From Eledone cirrhosa (taxonomy: Eukaryota), in assembly GCA_964016885.1 (NCBI GenBank), contig OZ024741.1, positions 409,572,001 through 409,636,000 on the forward strand: a stretch of DNA of 64,000 nucleotides, written 5' to 3'. Position 1 is the stretch's first letter. Every line of letters starts with the position of its first letter. This document shows, one piece after another, positions 14,530 through 27,546 of the stretch. The translations under genes and the position numbers were made by a program. The notes under the pieces are model-generated. The model searched no databases and was not told the DNA's origin. It was given only the letters and a program-made list of their open reading frames with translations.

Positions 14530-16850
14530 AAAACAATTTCATAGACCTTTGTCAGCCGCTCTCCAGCTATCTATTTAAAGCTGTACATGGCTATGGTGCG
14601 GCCACACTTAGAATTTGCATCACCAGTCTGGAACCCCCATCTTGTTCAGAACATTGACCGCCTGGAAACTGTTCAGAGACATGCAACCAAGTGAATACCC
14701 TCCATCAGGCATCTACCATACTCTGAACGCCTTGTTTCCCTGGACATGGATACATTGAAGCTCCGACATCTGGCAACTGACTTGGTAAACACCCACAAAA
14801 TTATTAACCATCTTGCCAACAACAACCCTGAGTACCTTTTTGATTCCCATGTGTTTAACACACATGGACATGCCTACAAAGTCAGAAAACAGTACAGTTC
14901 CCATGACTTTCAGAAACATTTTTTCATGCTCAGAGTTGCTGAAGCATAGAACAAACTACCAGCATCAGTTGTTAGCTGTGGAGACACTGTATCCTTTAAA
15001 ACCTCCATGGAACAAACTACCTGCATCAGTTGTTAGCTGTCAAGACACTGCATCCTTTAAAACCTCCATGGAACAAACTACTTGTATCAGTTGTTAGCTG
15101 TCGAGACACTGCATCCTTTAAAACTTCCATGAAACAAACTACCTGCATCAGTTGTTAGCTGTCAAGACACTGCATCCTTTAAAACCTCCATGGAACAAAC
15201 TACCAGCATCAGTTGTTAGCTGTCAAGACACTGCATCCTTTAAAACCTCCACCGAACAAACTACCTTCATCAGTTGTTAGCTGTCGAGACACTGCATCCT
15301 TTAAAACCTCCACCGAACAAACTACCTGCATCAGTTGTTAGCTGTCGAGACACTGCATCCTTTAAAACCTCCATGGAACAAACTACCTGCATCAGTTGTT
15401 AGCTGTCGAGACACTGCATCCTTTAAAACCTCCATGGAACAAACTACCTGCATCAGTTGTTAGCTGTCAAGACACTGCATCCTTTAAAACCTCCATGGAA
15501 CAAACTACCTGCACCAGTTGTTAGCTGTCAAGACACTGCATCCTTTAAAACCTCCATGGAACAAACTACCTGCATAAGTTGTTAGCTGTCGAGACACTGC
15601 ATCCTTTAAAACCTCCATGGAACAAACTACCTGCATCAGTTGTTAGCTGTCGAGACACTGCATCCTTTAAAACCTCCATGGAACAAACTACCTTCATCAG
15701 TTGTTAGCTGTCGAGACACTGCATCCTTTAAAACCTCCACCGAACAAACTACCTGCATCAGTTGTTAGCTGTCAAGACACTGCATCCTTTAAAACCTCCA
15801 TGGAACAAACTACCTGCATCAGTTGTTAGCTGTCGAGACACTGCATCCTTTAAAACCTCCATGGAACAAACTACCTGCATCAGTTGTTAGCTGTCAAGAC
15901 ACTGCATCCTTTAAAACCTCCACCGAACAAACTACCTTCATCAGTTGTTAGCTGTCGAGACACTGCATCCTTTAAAACCTCCACCGAACAAACTACCTGC
16001 ATCAGTTGTTAGCTGTCGAGACACTGCATCCTTTAAAACCTCCATGGAACAAACTACCTGCATAAGTTGTTAGCTGTCGAGACACTGCATCCTTTAAAAC
16101 CTCCATGGAACAAACTACCTGCATCAGTTGTTAGCTGTCGAGACACTGCATCCTTTAAAACCTCCATGGAACAAACTACCTGCATCAGTTGTTAGCTATC
16201 GAGACACTGCATCCTTTAAAACCTCCATGGAACAAACTACCTGCATCAGTTGTTAGCTGTCGAGACACTGCTTACTTTAAAACCTCCATGGAACAAACTA
16301 CCTGCATCAGTTGTTAGCTGTCGAGACACTGCATCCTTTAAAACCTCCATGGAACAAACTACCTGCATCAGTTGTTAGCCGTCGAGATACTGCATCCTTT
16401 AAAACCTCCATGGAACAAACTACCTGTATCAGTTGTTAGCTGTCGAGACACTGCATCCTTTAAAACCTCCATGGAACAAACTCCCTGCATCAGTTGTTAG
16501 CCGTCGAGATACTGCATCCTTTAAAACCTCCATGGAACAAACTCCCTGCATCAGTTGTTAGCCGTCGAGACACTGCATCCTTTAAAACCTCCATGGAACA
16601 AACTACCAGCATCAGTTGTTAGCTGTCGAGACACTGCATCTTTTAAAACTTCCATGCTTCCTGAGATTCGCTAACACTACACTTAATATTCCCCCTCCAT
16701 ACACACGTACACATGTATATCATGACTCATACACTATTCACTTCCCTGACATTTGTACATTACCCTATGTACTATACAAACACTTTTGATGAGTTGTAGT
16801 GCACCTGAGCACTGTACACAATAATTTCATTATTATGATTTACAGTTGAA
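14530..16850 (+). mobile_element. Degenerate 3' fragment of a CR1/L2-group LINE, interrupted by an internal tandem expansion
   Basis: LYMAMVRPHLEFASPVWNP..ETVQRHATK..YSERL..HFFMLRV..WNKLP motifs, with stops. Confidence 0.8.
14949..16656. repeat. 61-bp minisatellite (~28 copies) derived from the end of the LINE ORF
   Basis: Unit GGAACAAACTACCTGCATCAGTTGTTAGCTGTCGAGACACTGCATCCTTTAAAACCTCCAT. Confidence 0.95.
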
Positions 16851-16867
16851 TCCAGTGAATAACTTAC

Positions 16868-16982
16868 TGGGTTTGGGTCAAGATTCTTAAACTGAATTAA
16901 ACCGTAACTTCCACCATAGAAGGTCTGTCTCATGGCGACTTCTACTCCAGATTTAGCAGCTAAACCAAGTTTATCTAACCAC
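16868..16982 (-). CDS. HPSE: Heparanase-like coding exon
   Basis: ttccag|[38 protein letters not shown]|gtaagt; 115 bp; phases match both neighbouring exons. Confidence 0.93.
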
Positions 16983-17029
16983 CTGGAAGAGATGAAAGGT
17001 TTAGAAATAAACATTAATATTGATTACTT

Positions 17030-18800
17030 CATGGTGGGGTGGGGGTTGAAGAGATGCGAGTGAAACATGTGGTGGGGTGGGGAGATGGGGTGAGACATGT
17101 GGTGGGGTAGGGGTGGGGGTGGAGAGGTGCGAGTGAAACATGTGGTGGGGTGGGGAGATGGGGTGAGACATGTGGTGGGGTGGGTGGGGGTGGAGAGATG
17201 CAAGTGAAACATGTGGTGGGTGGGGAGATGGGAGGGTGACATGTGGTGGGGTGGGGAAATGGGGTGAGACATGTGGTGGGGTAGGGGTGGGGGTGGGGAG
17301 ATAGGAGTGTGACATGTGGTGGGGTGGAGAGATGGAAGTAAGACATGTGGTGGGGAGATGGGAGTGTGACGTATGGTGGGGTGGGGAGATGGGAGTGTGA
17401 CATGCTGTGGGGTGGAGAGATGGGAGTGTGATATGTGGTGGGGTAGGGGTGGGGGTGGGGAGATGGGATATGACATGCTGTGGGGTGGAGAGATGGGAGT
17501 AAGACATGTAGTGGGGTGGGGTGGAGAGATGGGAGTGTGACATGTGGTGGGGTAGGGGTGGGGAGATAGGAGTGTGACATGTGGTGGGGTGGAGAGATGG
17601 GAGTAAGACGTGGTGGGGTGTGGTGGGGAGATGGGAGTGTGACGTATGGTGGGGTAGGGGTGGGGAGATGGGAGTGTGACGTGTGGTGGGGTGGAGAGAT
17701 GGGAGTAAGACATGTGGTGGGGAGATGGGAGTGTGACATGTGGTGGGGTGGAGAGATGGGAGTAAGACATGTGGTGAGGTGTGGTGGGGAGATGGGAGTG
17801 TGGTGGGGTGGGGTGGGGAGATGGGAGTGTGACGTGTGGTGGGGTGGAGAGATGGGAGTAAGACATGTGGTGGGGAGATGGGAGTGTGACATGTGGTGGG
17901 GTGGAGAGATGGGAGTAAGACATGTGGTGAGGTGTGGTGGGGAGATGGGAGTGTGACGTGCGGTGGGGTGGGGAGATGGGAGTGTGACGTGTGGTGGGGT
18001 GGGGAGATGGGAATGTGACGTGTGGTGGGGTGGGGAGATGGAAGTAAGACATGTGGTGGGGTGGGGTGGGGAGATGGGAGTGTGACGTGCGGTGGGGAGA
18101 TGGGGGTGAGACGTGTAGTGGAGTGTGGTGGGGAGATGGGGGTGAGACGTGTGGTGGGATGGGGAGATGGGAGTGTGGCATGTGGTGGGGTGGGGTGGGG
18201 AGATGGGAGTGTGACGTGTGGTGGGGTGGGGAGATGGGAGTGTGACATGCGGTGGGGTGTGGTGGGGAGATGGGGGTGAGACATGTGGTGGGGTGGGGAG
18301 ATGGGAGTGTGGCATGTGGTGGGGTGGGGAGATGGGAGTGTGACATGTGGTGGAGTGGGGTGGGGAGATAGGGGTGAGACATGTGGTGGGGTGGGGAGAT
18401 GAGAGTGTGACATGCGGTGGGATGGGGTGATGGGAGTGTGACATGTGGTGGGGAGATGGGAGTGTGACGTGTGGTGGGGTGGGGAGATGGGAGTGTGACA
18501 TGCGGTGGGGTGGGGAGATGGGAGTAAGACATGTGGTGGGTGTGGTGGGGAGATGGGAGTGTGACGCGTGGTGGGGTGGGGAGATGGGAGTGTGACATGC
18601 GGTGGGGTGGAGAGATGGGGGTGAGACGTGTGGTGGAGTGGGGTGGGGAGATGGGGGTGAGACATGTGGTGGGGTGGGGAGATGGGAGTGTGACATGTGG
18701 TGGGGTGGGGAGATGGGAGTGTGACATGTGGTGGAGCGGGGTGGGAGTGAGACATGTGGTGGGGTGGGGAGATGGGAGTGTGGCATGTGGTGGGGTGAAC
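17030..18800. repeat. G-rich ~31-bp degenerate minisatellite
   Basis: GTGGTGGGGTGGGGAGATGGGAGTGTGACAT variants. Confidence 0.93.
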
Positions 18801-18959
18801 ATGGGGCAATAGAGATGGCTGGAAAGAACTAAAAGGAAAGGTATACGCTACATGTATGAGAAGTGCCATGATTTGTGGGAGTGAGACATGAATGATGGAC
18901 GAGACTGAGCAAAAACTGGAAAGAAAGGAGACATAAATAGTTCAATAAATGACTGGGGT

Positions 18960-19400
18960 ATTGTTGAGATGGCTAGGTCATGTGTTGTGGAGGGGGTGAC
19001 TGGGGGGAGAAGATGATGGGAATAGAGGTGAATGAGATGGCTAGGTCATGTGTTGTGGAGGGGGTGACTGGGAGAGAGGATGATGGGAATAAAGGTGAAT
19101 GAGATGGCTAGGTCATGTGTTGTGGAGGGAGATGACTGGAAGGAATAGAACCAGTGATGAATGTTTGGAAGAGAAATGGAAGGAGATGGTTTGGTCATGT
19201 GTTGAGGAAGGATGAAAGTGACTGGGTGAGAGGAGTGATAGAAATGGATGTGGAAGGAAGTAGAAGGAGACCAAGAAAGATGTGGCTAAAGATGATAGTG
19301 TAGGAAATGAAAACCAGGGATTTGATGAGGAGGGGGATGCAATTTTAGGGCAAAATGGAGGAGCTTCTCATGGGGCCTGTAAGACTAATCTCTGCTTTAC
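18960..19400 (+). mobile_element. Old RTE-like 3' remnant
   Basis: RWFGHVLRKDESDWVR..VEGSRRRPRKMW near 19185-19290; the RWLGHV segment is locally triplicated. Confidence 0.6.
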
Positions 19401-19652
19401 AAAGGAAAATTGCCTTAAAATGTTGTCTCTTCACAATAGAAGCCTTGGTAAATAATGAAAATAGGACAAATAAAAACACTTTCATACATTTGTGACAATA
19501 TTTCTAACAAGAAACATTCCCTGCCTTCATCTTTACAAATAGTCAAGAATTATGAGAGGTTTTAGTGAAATCACTAACACAGGACAAATATTTCACTGGA
19601 ATTTAATATTAACTGTCATGAAATATTGAGCTTTCAGTCTCAATCAATCTGC

Positions 19653-21640
19653 TAGGTCACACTGTTTACACAGATTCCTGCGACCCTGTCACCATCTAAT
19701 TCTATTATCTGAGCCATGCCCTCATCTATACCTAATCAATAGGTCACACTGTTTACACAGATTCCTGCGACCCTGTCACCATCTAATGCTATTATCTGAG
19801 CCATGCCCTCATCTATACCTAATCAATAGGTCACACTGTTTACACAGATTCCTGCGACCCTCTGTCACCATCTAATTCTATTATCTGAGCCATGCCCTCA
19901 TCTATACCTAATCAATAGGTCACACTGTTTACACAGATTCCTGCGACCCTGTCACCATCTAATTCTATTATCTGAGCCATGCCCTCATCTATACCTAATC
20001 AATAGGTCACACTGTTTACACAGATTCCTGCGACCCTGTCACCATCTAATTCTATTATCTGAGCCATGCCCTCATCTATACCTAATCAATAGGTCACACT
20101 GTTTACACAGATTCCTGCGACCCTGTCACCATCTAATGCTATTATCTGAGCCATGCCCTCATCTATACCTAATCAATAGGTCACACTGTTTACACAGATT
20201 CCTGCGACCCTCTGTCACCATCTAATTCTATTATCTGAGCCATGCCCTCATCTATACCTAATCAATAGGTCACACTGTTTACACAGATTCCTGCGACCCT
20301 GTCACCATCTAATTCTATTATCTGAGCCATGCCCTCATCTATACCTAATCAATAGGTCACACTGTTTACACAGATTCCTGCGACCCTGTCACCATCTAAT
20401 TCTATTATCTGAGCCATGCCCTCATCTATACCTAATCAATAGGTCACACTGTTTACACAGATTCCTGCGACCCTGTCACCATCTAATGCTATTATCTGAG
20501 CCATGCCCTCATCTATACCTAATCAATAGGTCACACTGTTTACACAGATTCCTGCGACCCTCTGTCACCATCTAATTCTATTATCTGAGCCATGCCCTCA
20601 TCTATACCTAATCAATAGGTCACACTGTTTACACAGATTCCTGCGACCCTGTCACCATCTAATTCTATTATCTGAGCCATGCCCTCATCTATACCTAATC
20701 AATAGGTCACACTGTTTACACAGATTCCTGCGACCCTCTGTCACCATCTAATTCTATTATCTGAGCCATGCCCTCATCTATACCTAATCAATAGGTCACA
20801 CTGTTTACACAGATTCCTGCGACCCTGTCACCATCTAATTCTATTATCTGAGCCATGCCCTCATCTATACCTAATCAATAGGTCACACTGTTTACACAGA
20901 TTCCTGTGACCCTCTGTCACCATCTAATTCTATTATCTGAGCCATGGCCTCATCTATACCTAATCAATAGGTCACACTGTTTACACAGATTCCTGCGACC
21001 CTCTGTCACCATCTAATTCTATTATCTGAGCCATGCCCTCATCTATACCTAATCAATAGGTCACACTGTTTACACAGATTCCTGCGACCCTCTGTCACCA
21101 TCTAATTCTATTATCTGAGCCATGCCCTCATCTATACCTAATCAATAGGTCACACTGTTTACACAGATTCCTGCGACCCTCTGTCACCATCTAATTCTAT
21201 TATCTGAGCCATGCCCTCATCTATACCTAATCAATAGGTCACACTGTTTACACAGATTCCTGCGACCCTCTGTCACCATCTAATTCTATTATCTGAGCCA
21301 TGCCCTCATCTATACCTAATCAATAGGTCACACTGTTTACACAGATTCCTGCGACCCTCTGTCACCATCTAATTCTATTATCTGAGCCATGCCCTCATCT
21401 ATACCTAATCAATAGGTCACACTGTTTACACAGATTCCTGCGACCCTCTGTCACCATCTAATTCTATTATCTGAGCCATGCCCTCATCTATACCTAATCA
21501 ATAGGTCACACTGTTTACACAGATTCCTGCGACCCTCTGTCACCATCTAATTCTATTATCTGAGCCATGCCCTCATCTATACCTAATCAATAGGTCACAC
21601 TGTTTACACAGATTCCAGTGACCCTCTGTCACCATCTAAT
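19653..21640. repeat. 87/89-bp tandem repeat (~22 copies)
   Basis: TAGGTCACACTGTTTACACAGATTCC... recurs at 87 or 89 bp spacing. Confidence 0.96.
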
Positions 21641-21991
21641 TGTTCATGATATTCAGCAGGCGAGAGGGTTGTAGTTTATGTCATCACAAATCTGTTTGAT
21701 ATAGGTCTTGGTTTGTCATCCTCTGCTAGCACTTCCTTGTGTAGGCTCTTACAGAAGAACTTCACCAACAATTTCATCTTTAGCTCTCCAGTAATGCCCT
21801 GTGAATCTGACTATGCTCTTCGATGACTTTCAATCTAAAGTTTGAATTTAAATTTGAAAGCACTTTAACAGACATGACTTGAGGCAGATTGGTGTTTAAA
21901 GGCTCAGTCATAATTTTACATCCATGTTTGCTCAGACATTCCAGTTAAATCTTGACAAAAAAAAATGAATAAATAAAACAAGCCAACTTAC

Positions 21992-22192
21992 AAGAACCCT
22001 GCAACATATGCATTTGAGATATTAGCAGCTCCATTATCCCATGCTGCACTGGTTTCTCCTAGCCAAAGTTTTTTACCGGGAGCATATTTTGTCAAAATTC
22101 TATCAGCCGAATCAAGCTCTCTTTTTAAAACATTCATAACATTGATGTCATAAAATTGAGAAAGTGAGGCATGTTTACCATCCAAGTAATAT
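21992..22192 (-). CDS. HPSE: Heparanase-like coding exon carrying the catalytic nucleophile motif
   Basis: ttccag|YYLDGK...PGKKLWLGETSAAWDNGAANISNAYVAGF|gtaagt; WLGETS matches the GH79 nucleophile Glu motif. Confidence 0.93.
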
Positions 22193-22377
22193 CTGGAAGA
22201 AGACAGCAAGTTAGGTTCAATAATATGTTTAAATTAATTGCAAATAGAAGGGATTTTAGTCAACCATTTTCCACCTAACAAGAATAATGTTATTTAAGCA
22301 AAGTGATAGAATATATAAACACTCACACATATATATACGTGGAAAAGTAAGAAATAGGAGAACACACCGTTAATACA

Positions 22378-22414
<37 letters not shown>

Positions 22415-22829
22415 ATATTAATAAATGGAAACTATATTTATAAAACCATATTTATTTTATTATACATATTTGAAGGGCAACCAAGGCAAATTATGGTGCA
22501 CTTTCATCAGATAAAATACAGATTTGTTTTATAAATAAATATTGACATACCCGAAAAAAAAAAGACAACCTTAATATATTGTGTATTTACTCCACTAATC
22601 TGTTGAGTGCTTTATATCAGTTATAAAAATTTTTCAGCTTGTTGAATCCCAACAAATTAAATATAACCTGTGTGTGTGTGTGTGTGTGCGCGCGCGCCGA
22701 GTGCACAAGTAAAAGGCTGTGTTTTTCCTGCCAGCGACATATCACAAAATTGAATTTCATCAGCATCTTTATTAATGTTATTATTCATCGTCATCATCAT
22801 CATTTTATGTCCACTTTTCCCTATGTATA

Positions 22830-23113
22830 TTAATAGTTAAAGTGTGTGACGAGCTGAGAGGCTCATCAGCCTGGTACTTATGTTAGTTTCTGTGATGGGA
22901 AGCAGCCTAGAGTAGAAGAATCTCCCTGGATAGATGCCAGTCCATCACAGGGTTAAATCCCCATGGCTATTACTGGTACTCATTTTCAACTGAGTATACT
23001 GTAGCAACATGAAATGAAGTGTTTTGCTCAAGAACACAACACACAACTCAGTCCAGGAATCAAACCCACGACATTATGATCTGAAGTCCAACACACTTAC
23101 CACTAGGCCATGC
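22830..23113 (-). mobile_element. tRNA-derived SINE
   Basis: Minus strand A box TGGCCTAGTGG and B box GGTTTGATTCC, followed by GTTGTGTTCTTGAGCAA core. Confidence 0.75.
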
Positions 23114-23122
23114 AATTCCACT

Positions 23123-23318
23123 CTCTCTCTCTCGAGAGAGAGAGAGACAGAGAGACAGAGAGAGAGAGAGAGAGAGGGAGGGAGGGAGGGAGAGAGAGAG
23201 GGAGGGAGAGAGAGGGAGAGAGAGAGAGAGGGAGAGAGAGAGGGAGGGAGAGAGAGGGAGAGAGAGAGGGAGGGAGAAAGAGAGAGAGAGAAAAGGGGAG
23301 AGAGAGAGAGAGAGAGAT
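23123..23318. repeat. (GA)n/(GGGA)n microsatellite
   Basis: Directly visible. Confidence 0.95.
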
Positions 23319-23376
23319 ATCTATATATATAAAATAACAGGAGGCTGGACTTGCGTAAATCCTTGAAAGGTTTATT

Positions 23377-23434
23377 ATACTATGATCATTTCAATGACCG
23401 GGTTCCGTATATATCCGGTGATATCATCAGGTAT
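23377..23434 (-). ncRNA. Minimal type I hammerhead ribozyme
   Basis: atac-CTGATGA-stem II (ccgg/ccgg)-GAAA-tgatca-TA-gtat, then AATAAA. Confidence 0.7.
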
Positions 23435-23694
23435 TCGAAATATAATAAATGAATGTAACAGATAAAATCCATGGGGCTGAAAATCATAGACCCGAGGACG
23501 ACCGACCATCTAGCATCTTCCACTTTAGCCGGTCGCCCTCAAGCCGGTCGCCCTCGAGCCGGTCGCCCTCGAGCCGGTCGCCCTCAAGCCGGTCGCCTCG
23601 GTTGAGCTGCTTTACGTTGAGTACTCTCCATATCATTACATCAAGATTGACCATACGGAATGACCTCCTCTATCCAGTGGTGAACCTTCAAACC

Positions 23695-23729
<35 letters not shown>

Positions 23730-23844
23730 CAATGAGTTATTTGGTTTGTTGATTATTCAACAAAGTTAATTTACAACAGATTAGAAGCACTCAACGGTAT
23801 TTATCCGGAGTATCATTAATATCAATAATATTAATAAATGGAAA

Positions 23845-25868
23845 ATCATAATCATCATCATCATCGTTTAACGTCCATATTCCATGCTTGCATGGGTTTG
23901 GACGGGAGTTTTCCCACTTGAGGCAAGAGTGGTTGTCTTGCTCGCATAGGACTGTCTGGCGGGTTTTCTACGGCTGGGTGCCCTTCCTAACACCAACCAC
24001 ATTTACAGTGTGGGGCTGGGAGGTTTTTACCGTGTTACCTACACGGCCACATTACAGCGTGGACTGTGTGTTTTTTTGAGGTGACACCTACACGACCTCA
24101 TTTATTTCGGACTGGATGTTGTGGTACCAACATAACTTTACATTGAAAGGGGTGCTGTGGATGGGGTGGGGGTAGTGGGATGGGGGTGTATTTTGTTAGA
24201 GGTGCCTACTGACTGTAGTAGGTTTCACTTTGCACTTAGGTAAGGCGGGTCTTCTCTATTACTGTGTAGCGCCAAAGATCTCGGTCCAGTGACATTGTCT
24301 TGGAGAGGTGTAGGTGTGTGAGGTCGGAATTTATCAAGTCGTCCCAGGTTTTTCTGGGTCTGCCTACTCCGTGGCTACCGTCTATTTTTATTGCCCTGCA
24401 CTTTTTTATACAGCTGTCGTCTTTCATGCGCATCACGTGACCGTACCAACGTAGTCTTCTCTCGAGTAAACAACATCTGATCCCTCTTATTTCTAATTTC
24501 TCCCTTAGTTCGTTTATGCTTTGCCGTTCACGTATATTACTATTACACATCCAGCGGAGCATGCAAGCCTCGTTTCTCTCCAGTCTGCGTATATCCTCTG
24601 CACACAATGCCCAGGTCTCACTGCCATGTAACATTGCTGTTCGTATGCAGGCATCATACAGCCTGCCTTTCATTTTTAGAGAGAACCCTTTAGCGGCCAA
24701 TAGTGGTATAAGCTCTCTAAACTTTTTCCATCCTGTTCTGACTCTCGCTACTGTACCTTCAGAGCACCCTCCCCCACTGCTGATTTTATCACCCAGGTAA
24801 CGGAAGCTGTCCACTATTTCTATAGAACCATCTGTGCAATGGAATGAGTTAGTATTCTGTGGGCACTTGCTGCTACTTATTGCACCAGAGCACCGGCCAT
24901 ATATAAAATCTATATTCTTAGTTAGCTTACCTGTGATCCCACTACATCTTTTATGTACCCATACTTTGCATTTGGGACATAAAATGGAGTTTCTACCTAC
25001 TCCTTTCCTACACACTGAGCATGGTCATTTCCCAGAGGGGACCTGTGCCCTATTTTCCTTCCTACAAACTAGAACTTTAGTCTTAGACAAGTTAACTTTA
25101 AGGTCTTTTGATTCTAGGCCATGCTTCCATGTTTGGAATTTCTTCTCTAGTTCAGCCATTGATTCAGCTATGAGCGTTAGATCATCTGCGTATAGGAGTT
25201 CCCATGGGCAGCCGGTCTTGAACTCCTCTGTTATAGCCTGAAGGGCAATAATAAATAGGAGGGAGCTAAGGACAGAGCCCTGATGAACACCAACTTTTAC
25301 GCTAAACTCTTCATTATATTCGTTATTAATTCTAACCTTGCTGACTGTTTCTTTATACATGGCTTTTATAGCTCTCACAAGCCATTCATCAACACCTAGT
25401 TTTCTAAGGGCCCACCAGATAATCGAACGGGGGACTCTGTCAAAGGCTTTCTCCAAGTCAACAAAAGCTAAGTATAGGGGTTTACTTTTAGCTAGGTACT
25501 TCTCCTGTAGTTGTCGTACAATGAAAAGAGCGTCTGTGGTTCTTTTACCTGACACAAACCCGAACTGCATTTCGTCTAGATCAATTCGCTCTCTGATTAG
25601 TTGCGCTATTACTTTTTCTGTGACCTTCATGACCTGGTCAATTAATTTAATGCCTCTATAGTTACCCCTATCTAGGGCATCTCCTTTACCCTTGTAGCAG
25701 TTAATGATGATGCTGTGCGCCAGTCCTTCGGAACGACCCCATTCTGTATGACTTGGTTTACTATCCGGGTGACCATAGTGTGTCCCACCGTTCCAGATGC
25801 TTTCAGCATTTCAGCAACTATTTCCGAAGGCCCTACCGCCTTGCCCGTCTTCATGTCTTTGATCGCCT
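23845..25868 (-). mobile_element. 5'-truncated RTE LINE; RT pseudogene (24236-25854) with a stop and a frameshift; (GAT)n tail
   Basis: FVDLEKAFDRV, GVHQGS, YADD and FRYLG motifs; same family as 969-2098. Confidence 0.92.
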
Positions 25869-25907
25869 TACTTATTATACTAAAATATCTTTATAAAACC
25901 ATATTTG

Positions 25908-25960
25908 TTTTATTATACAATTTCAAAGGTACTAATAAAGTATGCTTTCGTCAGATAAAA
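25908..25960 (-). ncRNA. Minimal hammerhead motif
   Basis: ttttat-CTGACGA-stem II-GAAA-ttgta-TA-ataaaa; a related degenerate copy lies at 22455-22516. Confidence 0.55.
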
Positions 25961-27289
25961 TACAATAATTGATGTAAAGATAGTGACATATCTTCATGTG
26001 AACTTCATGTTATAAATTCAGAGAAGATAGTGAATATAAGTTTTCACAACTCAGGGGAATATGCTAATGAGGATAACGTTAAAACTGAAAAGGACCGTTA
26101 AGTTTAGACACTAGATAGATTTTAAATATTTATCTAATTTTTTTTAAAGAGTTTGCTATTAAATTTTAAAAAATATTGTAAAGTTAATTTAGGATTATTT
26201 ATAGAAATATGCATATATACACCCAAACATATTTACATGGGTATAGAAAGAGTGATATAATTATATTTAGTTATTTATTTAATTTTATAATATATTTTAA
26301 GAATATGGAAATATTTATAACATTTAGGTGAGAGTTAGAAAGTAATGTATTAGATTAGAACTGTTAATTTATTAAAGTAATTACAACAATATAATGTGAA
26401 AGATACCCTGTATTTAGATATACGAGTGGATATATTTTGATATTATGATGAGTGAAGTTATAAATATAATGTATTGTAGTATAAGACATTATTGTATATC
26501 GTTAATTAAAATATTTATTTCGTACATAAATAATTATGCGTGAATATAGATCTTATCTAAGTATATAGACATAGAATTATAACTGAGCGTAGACCAAGCG
26601 ATAATATATATGCATTTTTTATACCTTAAGAATGTGAAAATAATTATATTTTCTTAAGTAAAGATGTATAATATTATATATAATCTATTAATGTATAAAT
26701 TTAAACATTTATGTAAAATTTGAATGTCTGGTATATGTGATTTGTAAACAAACTGTTATTAAGGGGAAGATAACTCTAGTGTTTAGTAATTTAAGGAATG
26801 TAAATTATTTAAAAATATATTGTTTTATCTAATGTTTAACCTAATAATTAATTATAATTTATATTATAATATAAGAAAACATTTCTATAAGATTTCAGAG
26901 CACCATATAGATAATAATATTTTTGATAAATATTTCTATGTATAAATTTTGATAATAATTGTTTCTACTTTTGGCACAAGGCCAGCAATTATTTCAGTAC
27001 ATTACTGGTATTTTATTTTATCGACCCCGTAAGGATGAAAGGCAAACCTTCTATTTTGATAATAATATTTCTATGTATAAATTATATACGGTTCTAGGTA
27101 ATTTGACTTCTGGTCATTTCACACCCGATATTAGAAAATAATAAAACGTTGGCTTTTAGTAATATTTGTTTACCTTTTTGTATAGTTACTGCATATTTAC
27201 TTGTTTATATTAAAACTACTGTATTGATTTTGTTTTGAACTAATAATAATAATGATGATGATGATGAATTTCAACGTTTTATTATTTTC

Positions 27290-27520
27290 TAGGGTCGGAC
27301 GCCATGCTTTCCAGCATAGTTACGTCCCTTTATGATCTGAGTTCAAATCCCGCCGAGGTTAACTTTGCCTTTCATCCTTACGGGGTCGATAAAATAAAGT
27401 ACCAGTAATGTACTGTGTAATTGATGGCCTTGTGTCTAAAGTAGAAACAATTATTTTCTAATATCGGGAGTGAAATTGACTTGGAGTGAGATTACAAGGA
27501 GTCAAATTACCGGCTATCAT
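27290..27520 (+). mobile_element. SINE copy; inverted fragments at ~26955-27050 and ~28830-28935
   Basis: B box GAGTTCAAATCC followed by GCCTTTCATCCTTACGGGGTCGATAAAAT core. Confidence 0.65.
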
Positions 27521-27546
27521 ATATATATATATATATGTATATATAT

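Noticed and set aside
17001-18869. Pro/His-rich ORFs of ~600 aa
   Set aside because: Translation of the G-rich minisatellite; open in all three minus-strand frames
14949-21640. Regular arrays resembling CRISPR
   Set aside because: No unique spacers, no cas genes, and the context is a eukaryotic intron
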